NCBI GenBank assembly: GCA_965226055.1
Contig: CBDDCA010000006.1
Coordinates: 416,001-480,000, forward strand
Reading direction: 5' to 3'
Length of the DNA stretch: 64,000 nt
DNA from: Spirochaetia bacterium
GTDB taxonomy: Bacteria; Spirochaetota; Spirochaetia; WTKD01; G963693115
The position numbers and the translations under genes were made by a program. Shown one piece after another: positions 29,388 through 38,553 of the stretch. The notes under the pieces were generated by a model. That model saw only the letters and a program-made list of their open reading frames with translations. It made no database searches and was not told where the DNA came from. How positions within the stretch are numbered: position 1 is the stretch's first letter; each line of letters starts with the position of its first letter.

Positions 29388-32300
29388 CTATGTGCTACAC
29401 TGTGGAGATCCCTTAAATTTTGGGTGTTTGTTTGAAACTCCTGCTAAAGGTGAGAATATAAACATAGAATTAATATCAGATTTATCTGGTTTAAATTTAC
29501 ATATCCTCCACGATGATAAATCTTGATTAAATACAGTGGCACCAGTAAACATCCTGGATGGATTAGTAACACTTCCGACATTCCACCCACTTATATTTTG
29601 ATTAAACTTTTGAGCTCCAGAAAACATATCTGCCATATTAGTAACCTTACTTACATCCCAACCTCCTATGTTTTTATTAAAGGCGTCTGCTGCTATAAAC
29701 ATAGTAGACATATCCGTTACATTACTGGTATTCCACTGTGTTATGTCTCCATTAAAAGTACTATCATCATTGAATAAATCACTCATATCAGTAATGGCAC
29801 TGGTATCTATCATGTTGAGGTTGGGGCTAGGGTTACTGTTCTCTCCTGAACCTTGCCTTGTTTTTTCTGCAGTGATAATATCTTGCAGTGCTTTCTTCGT
29901 TGTTGGTCTGTAATAGTTAGCTGATTGCCCTGCTAGTTTCACAAGCCCTGTCTCTACATTGATAGTTGCAAGTGCCTTTTGTCCCGAGTATGCTCCCGCA
30001 GAAGTAATGGTACACTCCACTACCTCATAGTTATACTCAGTTATAGCAGTATCATGTATGTTTGATTTATTTGCTGTGCCTGTTATTGTTACTGTATTGG
30101 TATTTTTTGCAAATGTTACTGTTAGACCTGTTTCTTCTTTGAGTGTGCTGTCATCTAAGGTGCTTTCATCACAGGTAAATGATAGTCCACTAGGACTGAT
30201 ACTGGTAAGTACTCTCGTTGTATTTTGTGCGAGTGCTGTGCCTACTGTTGCTGATACCTTTGTGGCGTTTCCTATCGCTACTGCTGGCGTACTGGCAGAT
30301 ACTGCTGTTGCTTCTGCTGATACCTTTGTGGCGTTTCCTATCGCTACTGCTGGCGTACTGGCAGATACTGCTGTTGCTTCTGCTGATACCTTTGTCTTTT
30401 TGAGGCTGTTTACTGCTACTGCGGTGATATAGTACTTTGTATTCAATCGTAGGTTGCGTATTGTATAGCTTGTTGCTCCTGTTGGTACATCGTCTTTTTC
30501 TGCTCCTTCTTGTGCATCGCTTGCTGCTTTTGCTTGCGTTTTTACTGTTGCTCCATCTATGTTTGTTTTTGAGGCTGCATAGTATACTATATAGTCTATT
30601 TGATTATCTCTTAAATCAGTCGTTCCATCTTCTGTCGTTCCTTTCACGGTTGGGACTGTTATGGTAAGTACTATGGTTGCTCCTTGTGCATTTGCTTGTA
30701 TGGTGGGCTTTCCTGGTGCGGCATAGGCTTCTTTTGCGATAAACTCCTTGCGTAGTCCTGTTGCTTCTTTGTTGGTATCGGTGCTGTTTACTGCTTGTAC
30801 TACTATTTCGTAAGTTGTGCCTACTGTCAATCCTGTCAGAGTGCTGTTGGTTGTACCTGCTGCTACTGCTGTGGAGCTTCCTGCTGCTGTTTTTATTTGT
30901 GCTACTGTCCTTGTTGTACTGCCACTTTTGGCTACTTTGTATACTTTGTACGATACTTGTGCTACTGTTAGGGTGTCTCCTTTGTTTGTTTTGTGGCTTG
31001 CATTGAGGCTGGGGGCTGTCCACGATATTGTTGCACTTCCTCCTGTTACTCCTCCTACTTGTATGTTGCTTACTTCTGCGGGGACAGTCGCTTGTGATGC
31101 GGTTGTTACACTTGCCACTGTCGATACTGCTTTTTTGCTTGTGTCTGTTTTTACTGCTACTTCTACCACAAAATGATACTTTGTTGCTCCTTTTATTGCT
31201 ACTACTGGTGCTGTTTCGCTAGACAAACCTAAACTGCTAAGGGCTGATACTGTGTACACTCCGCTACTTGCTGTGCCTATGTTTACTTTTCTGCCTCTTT
31301 GTACTTCTGCTACTGTAGGGGTTGTGTCTTTCTGTAAGCCGTACACTGTGTATACTAGCTCATCATTGCTTGTTACTGTTGTGCCATCTTTGTTTTTTGC
31401 TCCTGTTATTGTGCTTAACTGCGTGAGTACTAGCTTTATTGTTCCTGTCGTGTTTGTTGAGGGTGATACTACCAGCTTGCCTGTTAAGGACGATGTAGGG
31501 GCTGTTGCTTTTGAGGTGGGGATAGTGCTTAATTCTAGTTTTTGTATCAGTGCAGGGTCCTTGCTTTGTGCTTTCTTTGTTGCATAGGGATTGAGGCTGT
31601 TTATTGCTTCTATGCCTATGGTGTATACTGCTCCTTTTGTTCCTATAAATGTTCCTCGTAAGCTGCTGTTTCCTGCTATCTCTTGCGTTTGTACTCCTCC
31701 CATTGCTTTTATTTCCGCTATGCTTTTAGTACTCTGGTCTCCTGCTACTATGTATACTTTGTACTGTATGTTTGCTTGTGTGAGTTGTCTGTCATTGGGT
31801 GCTTTGTGCTTACTGGTAATTGTTCCTTTTTGAAACTCGTACTGTACGGTATCGCTTGTTTGTGTTGATGTTTCAATAAACAGTGATAGGCTTTCTGGTG
31901 CTGGAGGGACAGTGGATACTGCATCATATACTGCTACTTTATCAGTGAGCGTTGTTGGGGGGCTTACTCTGTTATTCTCTACTGTAAGAAAGGTAAAGCT
32001 ATAGCTTTTTGCATTTGCTTGCGTTGAGGATACTTCTATGCCATCTGCTATGCCAAAGCTAATGGTGGTTGCTGTTCTTGTTATGCTTTTTTCTGCTACC
32101 AAGTTTGTGCCATCTAACATACGCAGGGTGTAGTATCTTCCTATGCCTGGAGCTTGCTTAAAGCTTACTTTTATTTGTATTGCTCCTGTTGTTGTAACTA
32201 GGGTAGGCTTGTTTTGAAAGAGATCTTCTGAGGGAGCTATGGGTGAGTTGGGTGTGGTTATGTCTTTTATGGCTTGGGTGCTTTTGTTTTCTGAGTAATC

Positions 32301-34051
32301 ATAGGTGAGTATTGTTACGGTATATGTTTTGCCTTGCGTGAGTTCTTCTACAGAGAGTGACTTTGTGGGATAGGGTATTTTCTTTTCGCTCAGTACTGCA
32401 GTACTTGTGCCTTTCTCTGCTATGCTTACACTGTATTCTTTTATGTCTTTGTTATTGGCTTTTGTTGTATCAGGAGCTGTCCATGTTATCTGTGTGCCTA
32501 CCTTCGCTGCTGATACAAAAGGATAGCTTGCTTGTATGTTTGTTACTGCATCGGGGGCGGTGCTATCTGCTGCAGTAGTGACTGTGGCATTTTCTGCTGT
32601 TCCTTTGTTTCCTGCACTGTCCATTGATACGACTGCCACTGTATACTCGGTGGTTGCTTTGAGGCCTGGTATCTGCGTGTTGCGTACTGTTCTCTCTGTT
32701 ATTGTTACTGTCTTTGCTGGGGTACTGCTGTCTTTTTCTGTTGCTGTTATAGTCACTCCTGCGTAGTCTCGTACATCGGGAGCTTGCCAGCCTACTACTA
32801 TGCTTGTTGCTCCTCCTACTGCACTTACATTGGTCGCGGGCTTTGTTGTCTTGTCTGTTGTTGCTTGTTCTTTTGACACTGCAGTGGAGTACTTTCCGTT
32901 TTGAGAAACATATACCTCTACTTTGTAAGTAAGCGTGCCATAAAGTTTTGTGAGGGCTATGCCGTCCTTTGCTACATACACAGTGGCGTACTCTTGATTG
33001 TCTGCACTTGCAGAACTGAGTTTGGCTGTACTGCTATTGTTCACAGTTTCCTCTGCTACTACTGTATTTGTTGCAGTTGCTATAACGCGTACTAAGAGGC
33101 TTTTGTCCGTAAAGGTAACATTTCCCCACTTGATAAGCAGGCTCTCATCGGCTGGGCTATTGCTTTTATCGTTTGCTGTTACTGTAAGGTCTGCCTCTGG
33201 CAGTGGCGTTACTGTTTGTGAAAGCTGTGATGCTTGCACGCCTGTCAATACTGTTGTAGGACTGCTTGTGTTATCATTTCTGTCTTTGTAGCGTATTTCT
33301 ACATCATAGGATATGCCTGCAAGCGTGGAGATCTTTGGAAGTATAACTTCTCCTTGCTGTAGGTTCTGCACGGTAGCTTGTGCAAGCACTATGCCACCAG
33401 TCGTGCTTTTTACCACTATCGTTGCTTCGGCTATATCTGTCTTGCCTAGTGCAAGTCGCTCTTTGTCCCATGTTATCTTTATACCATCCCCCGACTTCTC
33501 TACTCCTACCTGTGTCAATGTGTCCTGTGGTGCAGTAGTATCTATCAGTGTTGTCACGGAGCGTGTTGTTTTTGGTGATACTTCTGTGTCTTTTTGTGCC
33601 TCTATCTCTACGGTGTAGTCGGTGAGTGCTTGTAAGCCTTTGAGTTGGTACGATTGTCCTTGTTGAAAGAGTGTTTGATATTCTATTGCAGGAATACGCA
33701 CTTGTATTGACTGTTCTGATACTATAGATGGTGCGGTAGATGTAGCTTTTACGACTACATGCGTGGCATCACTTGGGGCTTCCCAGCGTAACGAGAGTGT
33801 CCCATCGTTGCTTGCTACTTGTATCTGCACATTGGACACTGATGCGAGTGTCGGGGTTACTGGTGTTCCCCCTCCGCCTGATGAGGAACTGCTACTGCCC
33901 TCCGAACATCCTACGAGTACGAGGATTGCTAGCACTAAAAATAATACTACTAGAGTTATGTTTTGCTTATATCGAGAGTGTACCCCCCCCCGATTTTTTT
34001 CATGCTGTATAGCTCTTTGCTTTTGTAGCTATCGTTTATCCATACTTTCAT
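29388..34051 (-). CDS. Large surface lipoprotein copy 2 (FN3-like stalk, DUF285 tip), frameshifted at a G9 tract; open frame 29388..33935
   Basis: SD AAGGAG then ATG 34051; G9 leads to an early TAA, G10 joins the 1515-aa ORF; lipobox LVG-C; near-identical to copy 1 except the tip. Confidence 0.88.
30249..30395. repeat. Perfect 66-bp in-frame tandem duplication
   Basis: tgctgatacctttgt at 30249, 30315 and 30381; [22 protein letters not shown] occurs twice in copy 2, once in copy 1. Confidence 0.92.
33983..33991. repeat. G9 tract in signal-peptide coding region of copy 2
   Basis: 9 C on the + strand in the same context as the copy 1 tract. Confidence 0.9.
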
Positions 34052-34243
34052 AAATATCTCCTTTTATTTTATTATCGTGTACTTATCAGCATACACAATA
34101 GTATCATAATTATTATAGCACAAAATACTATAATTTTTATCATTTCCATGATAACATAACTCCATACACTGATACACGATTGGAGATACTAACTTTACAA
34201 TATAATAAATATAATAAGTAAAATATGATATACTATATACAGT

Positions 34244-35425
34244 ATGTCTAGTGTATACTCTAATAAATATGCTGATTTAGATTACTCACAGCTTATAAAT
34301 GATTTGCGATCATTTAAAGAGGTGCTTCTTAGTAATCTTATTCTTGTTGCTGAGCAACCAGCTTCGGTAGGAGCAACGAAAGACAGAGCTAATATCATCG
34401 TAAATCGACTGAGTGACACTGAAAGTCTAGGGGCTATACTTGACAGTGCTGGAAATGTTATTGCTGAGTATCCTGCTGTTCATCCAAAACGAAATATAGT
34501 ATTGCATGCTCATATTGATACACATCATAGCAGCGATAAGGATCATACAATACAGGTATTCTCTGATAAAGTAATTGGGCTTGGGTTAGTGGATAATAGT
34601 TTAGGTATTGCCACATTACTCACCTTACCCAGTATTTTAGAGAAATTTCAGTTTAATCTTGAAACAAATATTGTCTTTTGTTTTTCAGCTAACTCATTAG
34701 ACGAAGGAAATTTACACGGAACTCAGCATTTTTTAGAAACAACAAAAAGAACATTTCATTATGGTATCTGTGTAGAAGGGTTTCCTTTAGGCAGGATAAG
34801 TTATCATTCGTTGGGGCTACTTCGAGGAATTATTAATTATGCCATGCCTTCAAAATATGATTGGAGTCGCTTTGAATCTTCAAACTCAATTATCAATATA
34901 GTAAATATTATCAATAGAATACTTGGTCTGCCACTCCCAAACAAGCCAAGAACATCTATACAGTTTTCAAGATTACAGAGTGGTGTTTCGTATGATGTAT
35001 TGCCTAGCTCTGCTCAGTTGCACTTTCAAGTGCGTAGTGAATCAGATGAAATAGTAGAAAAAATAAAAACGGAAATTGACAGTGTTCTTAGTGAGTTAGC
35101 ATTAAGTACAGGTGCTACAGCTAATCTTGATATTATTACAAAACATTTTTCGGGCGGACTGCCTTTTTCTCATCCTTTAGTAACACAGCTTCATACTATA
35201 CAAAATACATTGAATATAAAAACAGCTTTGATGGCAAGCACCTCCGATTTATGTGCTTATATAGAAAGAGGTATTCCTGCAGTAACAATAGGATTAAGTT
35301 CTTGTGAAAATTATAATCTTGAAAATGAAGTGTTACATATAGAGCCAATTTTTACTGGCATAGCACAGTTATTAGGGTTAATACTTGCTATTGACAGAGG
35401 AAAGATAGAAACAGAGAAAGGATAA
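34244..35425 (+). CDS. M20/M25/M40 family metallo-hydrolase
   Basis: DSAGNVIA, HAHIDT, GLGLVDNSLG, GIPAVTIG. Confidence 0.8.
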   Translation: MSSVYSNKYADLDYSQLINDLRSFKEVLLSNLILVAEQPASVGATKDRANIIVNRLSDTESLGAILDSAGNVIAEYPAVHPKRNIVLHAHIDTHHSSDKDHTIQVFSDKVIGLGLVDNSLGIATLLTLPSILEKFQFNLETNIVFCFSANSLDEGNLHGTQHFLETTKRTFHYGICVEGFPLGRISYHSLGLLRGIINYAMPSKYDWSRFESSNSIINIVNIINRILGLPLPNKPRTSIQFSRLQSGVSYDVLPSSAQLHFQVRSESDEIVEKIKTEIDSVLSELALSTGATANLDIITKHFSGGLPFSHPLVTQLHTIQNTLNIKTALMASTSDLCAYIERGIPAVTIGLSSCENYNLENEVLHIEPIFTGIAQLLGLILAIDRGKIETEKG

Positions 35426-35428
35426 TAG

Positions 35429-36403
35429 ATGAGTAAAGTAGAAACATTATTACACGATTTTACCTTTCATCATAATCAGTTTGTTGATATTAAAAAACTA
35501 GTCACACTGAAAGAGAAAAAAAATATTACAATATCTTTGTGTATCCCTACACTAAACGAAGAAAAAACGATAGGCAAAGAAATAATTATTTTTAACTCTG
35601 AGTTAAAACAACGGTATCCTTTGTTAGATGAGATAGCGGTAATTGATTCTGGTTCTGAGGATAGAACTTTGGAAGTAGCAGCATCTTTTGGGGCAGATAC
35701 ATATTTATCAAAAGACATTTTGCCTGAGCAAGGAACGAAAAAAGGCAAAGGAGAGAATCTATGGAAAGCTATTTATCAGCTTACGGGTGATATTATTGTA
35801 TATGTTGATGCTGATATTAAAAATATACATCCTCGCTTTATATACGGACTTGTGGGACCTCTGCTCTTAAATGATGATATACAGTATGTAAAAGCTTTTT
35901 ATCAGCGCCCTCTTGAGCTTGCAAAAGGAGTACGCAGTGTTGGTGGAGGGAGAGTTACTGAAATTCTTGTTCGCCCTTTGTTTTCTCTATTTTTTCCTGA
36001 ATTATCAGGAATTATTCAACCGCTTAGTGGTGAATATGCAGTTCGGAGAAAAACACTTGAAAATATTCCGTTTCCTATCGGGTATGGGGTTGAAACTGCA
36101 CATTTACTTGATGTGTATAAACAATATGGTATAGGTGCTTTTGCACAAACTAATCTTGATATGCGCGTGCATAGAAATCAAGAAACTTTATCGCTTGGAA
36201 AAATGGCGTTTGGAATATTACAAACATTCATGGTACGGGCAAGTGATTTAGGAATTATGGAAAAAGTACCATCATTTGAAAATACGCTTATTCAATTTGA
36301 ATCTGATGAAACAAACTATAAATTAAAAGAAAAAGATATTATTGAAGAGGAACGTCCTGCTATGAAGACAATAGAAGATTATCAGAAAAAATATAAGCAA
36401 TAA
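35429..36403 (+). CDS. gpgS: Glucosyl-3-phosphoglycerate synthase
   Basis: IPTLNEEKTIG, GKGENLWK, DAD, GGGRVTE, QPLSGEYA, GYGVE, RVHRNQ. Confidence 0.92.
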   Translation: MSKVETLLHDFTFHHNQFVDIKKLVTLKEKKNITISLCIPTLNEEKTIGKEIIIFNSELKQRYPLLDEIAVIDSGSEDRTLEVAASFGADTYLSKDILPEQGTKKGKGENLWKAIYQLTGDIIVYVDADIKNIHPRFIYGLVGPLLLNDDIQYVKAFYQRPLELAKGVRSVGGGRVTEILVRPLFSLFFPELSGIIQPLSGEYAVRRKTLENIPFPIGYGVETAHLLDVYKQYGIGAFAQTNLDMRVHRNQETLSLGKMAFGILQTFMVRASDLGIMEKVPSFENTLIQFESDETNYKLKEKDIIEEERPAMKTIEDYQKKYKQ

Positions 36404-36549
36404 AAAAGCACGCTATTTTTTCTATTGTCAAAAAATGGTAATAGTATGAATATGATAGTTATATGTATGTAGAGACGATAGTTATTGTTAATTTTCTTCT
36501 GTACTATTTATAGCGTAGTAATAAAAAATACGATATAATAAAACGCAAG

Positions 36550-37788
36550 ATGACATCGAAACATAGTAATAAAGGTAATACACTTCTCTATATCATTTTA
36601 TTTTTGTTAATTGTACTTACAGTACAAAATAATGTAAGTAAATCATTTCTTTCTGATTTTTTTTCAGGAATATTTAATAATGATGTTGTATTACAGGATG
36701 ATGTAACAAATGATACTGAGAGAGATATTTTTACTGATACGCATATAGTGAATATTGAATCAAATGATTCTTTGAGTAATGATGAGCGAAATAGCATTTC
36801 TGTGTATCAGTCTCGTAACAAAGCAGTGGTAAATATTACTACTGAGGTTCTTGCGTATACATGGTTTTTTGAACCAGTACCACGAGAAAGTGGTGTGGGC
36901 TCAGGGTCTGTTATAGATACACGTGGGTACATACTCACTAACTATCATGTTATTGAAAATGCCAATAGAGTATTTGTAACATTCTGGGATAAAACAAAAG
37001 TAGAGGGTGAAATTATAGGCATTGATATAGAGAATGATCTCTCAGTGCTAAAAGTGGAGTCTATGCCATCAAGTACAGGAGTAATTCCTTTAGGTGAATC
37101 TAAAGGGTTACAAGTTGGACAAAAAGTACTTGCGATAGGAAATCCTTTTGGACTTGATAGAACACTTACAACAGGAATTGTTTCTGGGATAGAACGACCA
37201 GTGCGTAGTTCACGTAATATTGTAATTCAGAATATGATACAAACAGATGCTTCCATCAATCCCGGAAATAGTGGAGGGCCTCTATTAGATCGTAAAGGGC
37301 AGCTCATTGGAGTAAACACTATGATCTATTCTCCTAGTGAAGGATCTGTAGGGATAGGGTTTGCTGTACCCTCTGCTACTGCGCGCAGAATAGTGCCTGA
37401 TCTTATTCGTTATGGCAAAGTAAAACGTGGGTGGATAGAGTGGCAAGTACAGCCTTTGTTTCGAGAGCTTATTTCTTACGCAAACTTGCCTGTTGACAGT
37501 GGATTGTTAGTAAGCAGTCTTGATGTAGGGAGCAATGCACAAAAAGCTGGACTACAGGGAGGCGACAGAGGAAATCGTGTACAGTATGGGAGAAGTATTA
37601 TCTATTTAGGAGGGGATATTGTCACTAAGATAGGAAATACTGATGTTGCGTCTATATCTGATTTGCTTGAGGCTCTGGAAAGTACAAAGCCTGGAGAGAA
37701 AATTATGGTTGAATTTTATCGAGATGAAAAAAAGCAGAGTGCCAACATAACTCTGATAGAGAGACCTGAAAATTTGGTAATACGATAA
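36550..37788 (+). CDS. HtrA/DegQ-like serine protease with PDZ domain
   Basis: TNYHVI, DLSVLK, QTDASINPGNSGGPL. Confidence 0.95.
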   Translation: MTSKHSNKGNTLLYIILFLLIVLTVQNNVSKSFLSDFFSGIFNNDVVLQDDVTNDTERDIFTDTHIVNIESNDSLSNDERNSISVYQSRNKAVVNITTEVLAYTWFFEPVPRESGVGSGSVIDTRGYILTNYHVIENANRVFVTFWDKTKVEGEIIGIDIENDLSVLKVESMPSSTGVIPLGESKGLQVGQKVLAIGNPFGLDRTLTTGIVSGIERPVRSSRNIVIQNMIQTDASINPGNSGGPLLDRKGQLIGVNTMIYSPSEGSVGIGFAVPSATARRIVPDLIRYGKVKRGWIEWQVQPLFRELISYANLPVDSGLLVSSLDVGSNAQKAGLQGGDRGNRVQYGRSIIYLGGDIVTKIGNTDVASISDLLEALESTKPGEKIMVEFYRDEKKQSANITLIERPENLVIR

Positions 37789-37833
37789 GAATATGCTTTT
37801 GGGTACATATCTTATACGAGGAAAAAACAATAC

Positions 37834-37980
37834 ATGATAACAGAAGACACACTGAGAGGATTACTAACATATCTGAAGTTTCAAGACAAGAGTAATATTT
37901 TTAGTAAAAGAATTGGGGAAGCTATCTTAAAAATAGATTTTGAAAAAAGGAAATAGTGTACCCTGAAGAGTTAATCATCA
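37834..37980 (+). pseudogene. N-terminal remnant of a probable type IIG restriction-modification enzyme
   Basis: MITEDTLRGLLTYLKF...ILKIDFEK, then after a shift in an A6 run KEIVYPEELII; resembles the recalled N-terminus of CjeI-like enzymes; SD GAGG. Confidence 0.5.
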
Positions 37981-37992
37981 CCTTTGTCGCAT

Positions 37993-38517
37993 TTAATCCT
38001 TGAACTCGTTTGTTATACATGCTATACTTTGTATAAAAACATCAGATATACTATGCTGTACCTCTACTATACTGCAATCTTCTTCATCATAAGGAAGTTC
38101 CAAACTATCATATTGACTTTTTAATAAAGATACAGGCATAAAATGTCCTTCTCGTTTTTGCATACGCTGTTTAATTAGCTCATAATCAGCATGAAAACAC
38201 AGAAAATAAAGAGGATAAGCACTTTGTCTCAAACAATCACGATACTTCTTCTTTAATGCAGAACAGCTTATAACAACCCTTTTTGATTGAGCTTCTTGTT
38301 GCTCTATGGTCTTACAAATTGTTTCAAGCCATTGCTGCCTATCACTATCCTGCAAAGCTATGCCTTTTTGCATTTTATGTCTGTTTTCTCTATTATGTAA
38401 TGCGTCCCCTTCGATAAATGTGCGTTGCAAATACACTGCTATTTTTTTTCCTATACTTGTTTTTCCACTCCCTGCCACTCCCATACAAACAATATGTGGC
38501 AATAATAATCCATCCAT
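37993..38517 (-). CDS. gntK: Gluconokinase
   Basis: MGVAGSGKT, EGDALH, SCSALKKKYRD, REGHFMP. Confidence 0.93.
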   Translation of the reverse strand: MDGLLLPHIVCMGVAGSGKTSIGKKIAVYLQRTFIEGDALHNRENRHKMQKGIALQDSDRQQWLETICKTIEQQEAQSKRVVISCSALKKKYRDCLRQSAYPLYFLCFHADYELIKQRMQKREGHFMPVSLLKSQYDSLELPYDEEDCSIVEVQHSISDVFIQSIACITNEFKD

Positions 38518-38553
38518 ATAATACCCTATATGCTCAGTTGCAATAGCACTCTA

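Noticed and set aside
17405-33935. Diversity-generating retroelement as the cause of the variable tips
   Set aside because: No reverse transcriptase in the window; differences include indels and repeat-number changes and are not adenine-restricted.
18207-34053. Many plus-strand ORFs over the large lipoprotein genes, and extra ORFs over the transposase
   Set aside because: Antisense or alternate-frame shadows of biased codon usage, with no recognisable motifs.
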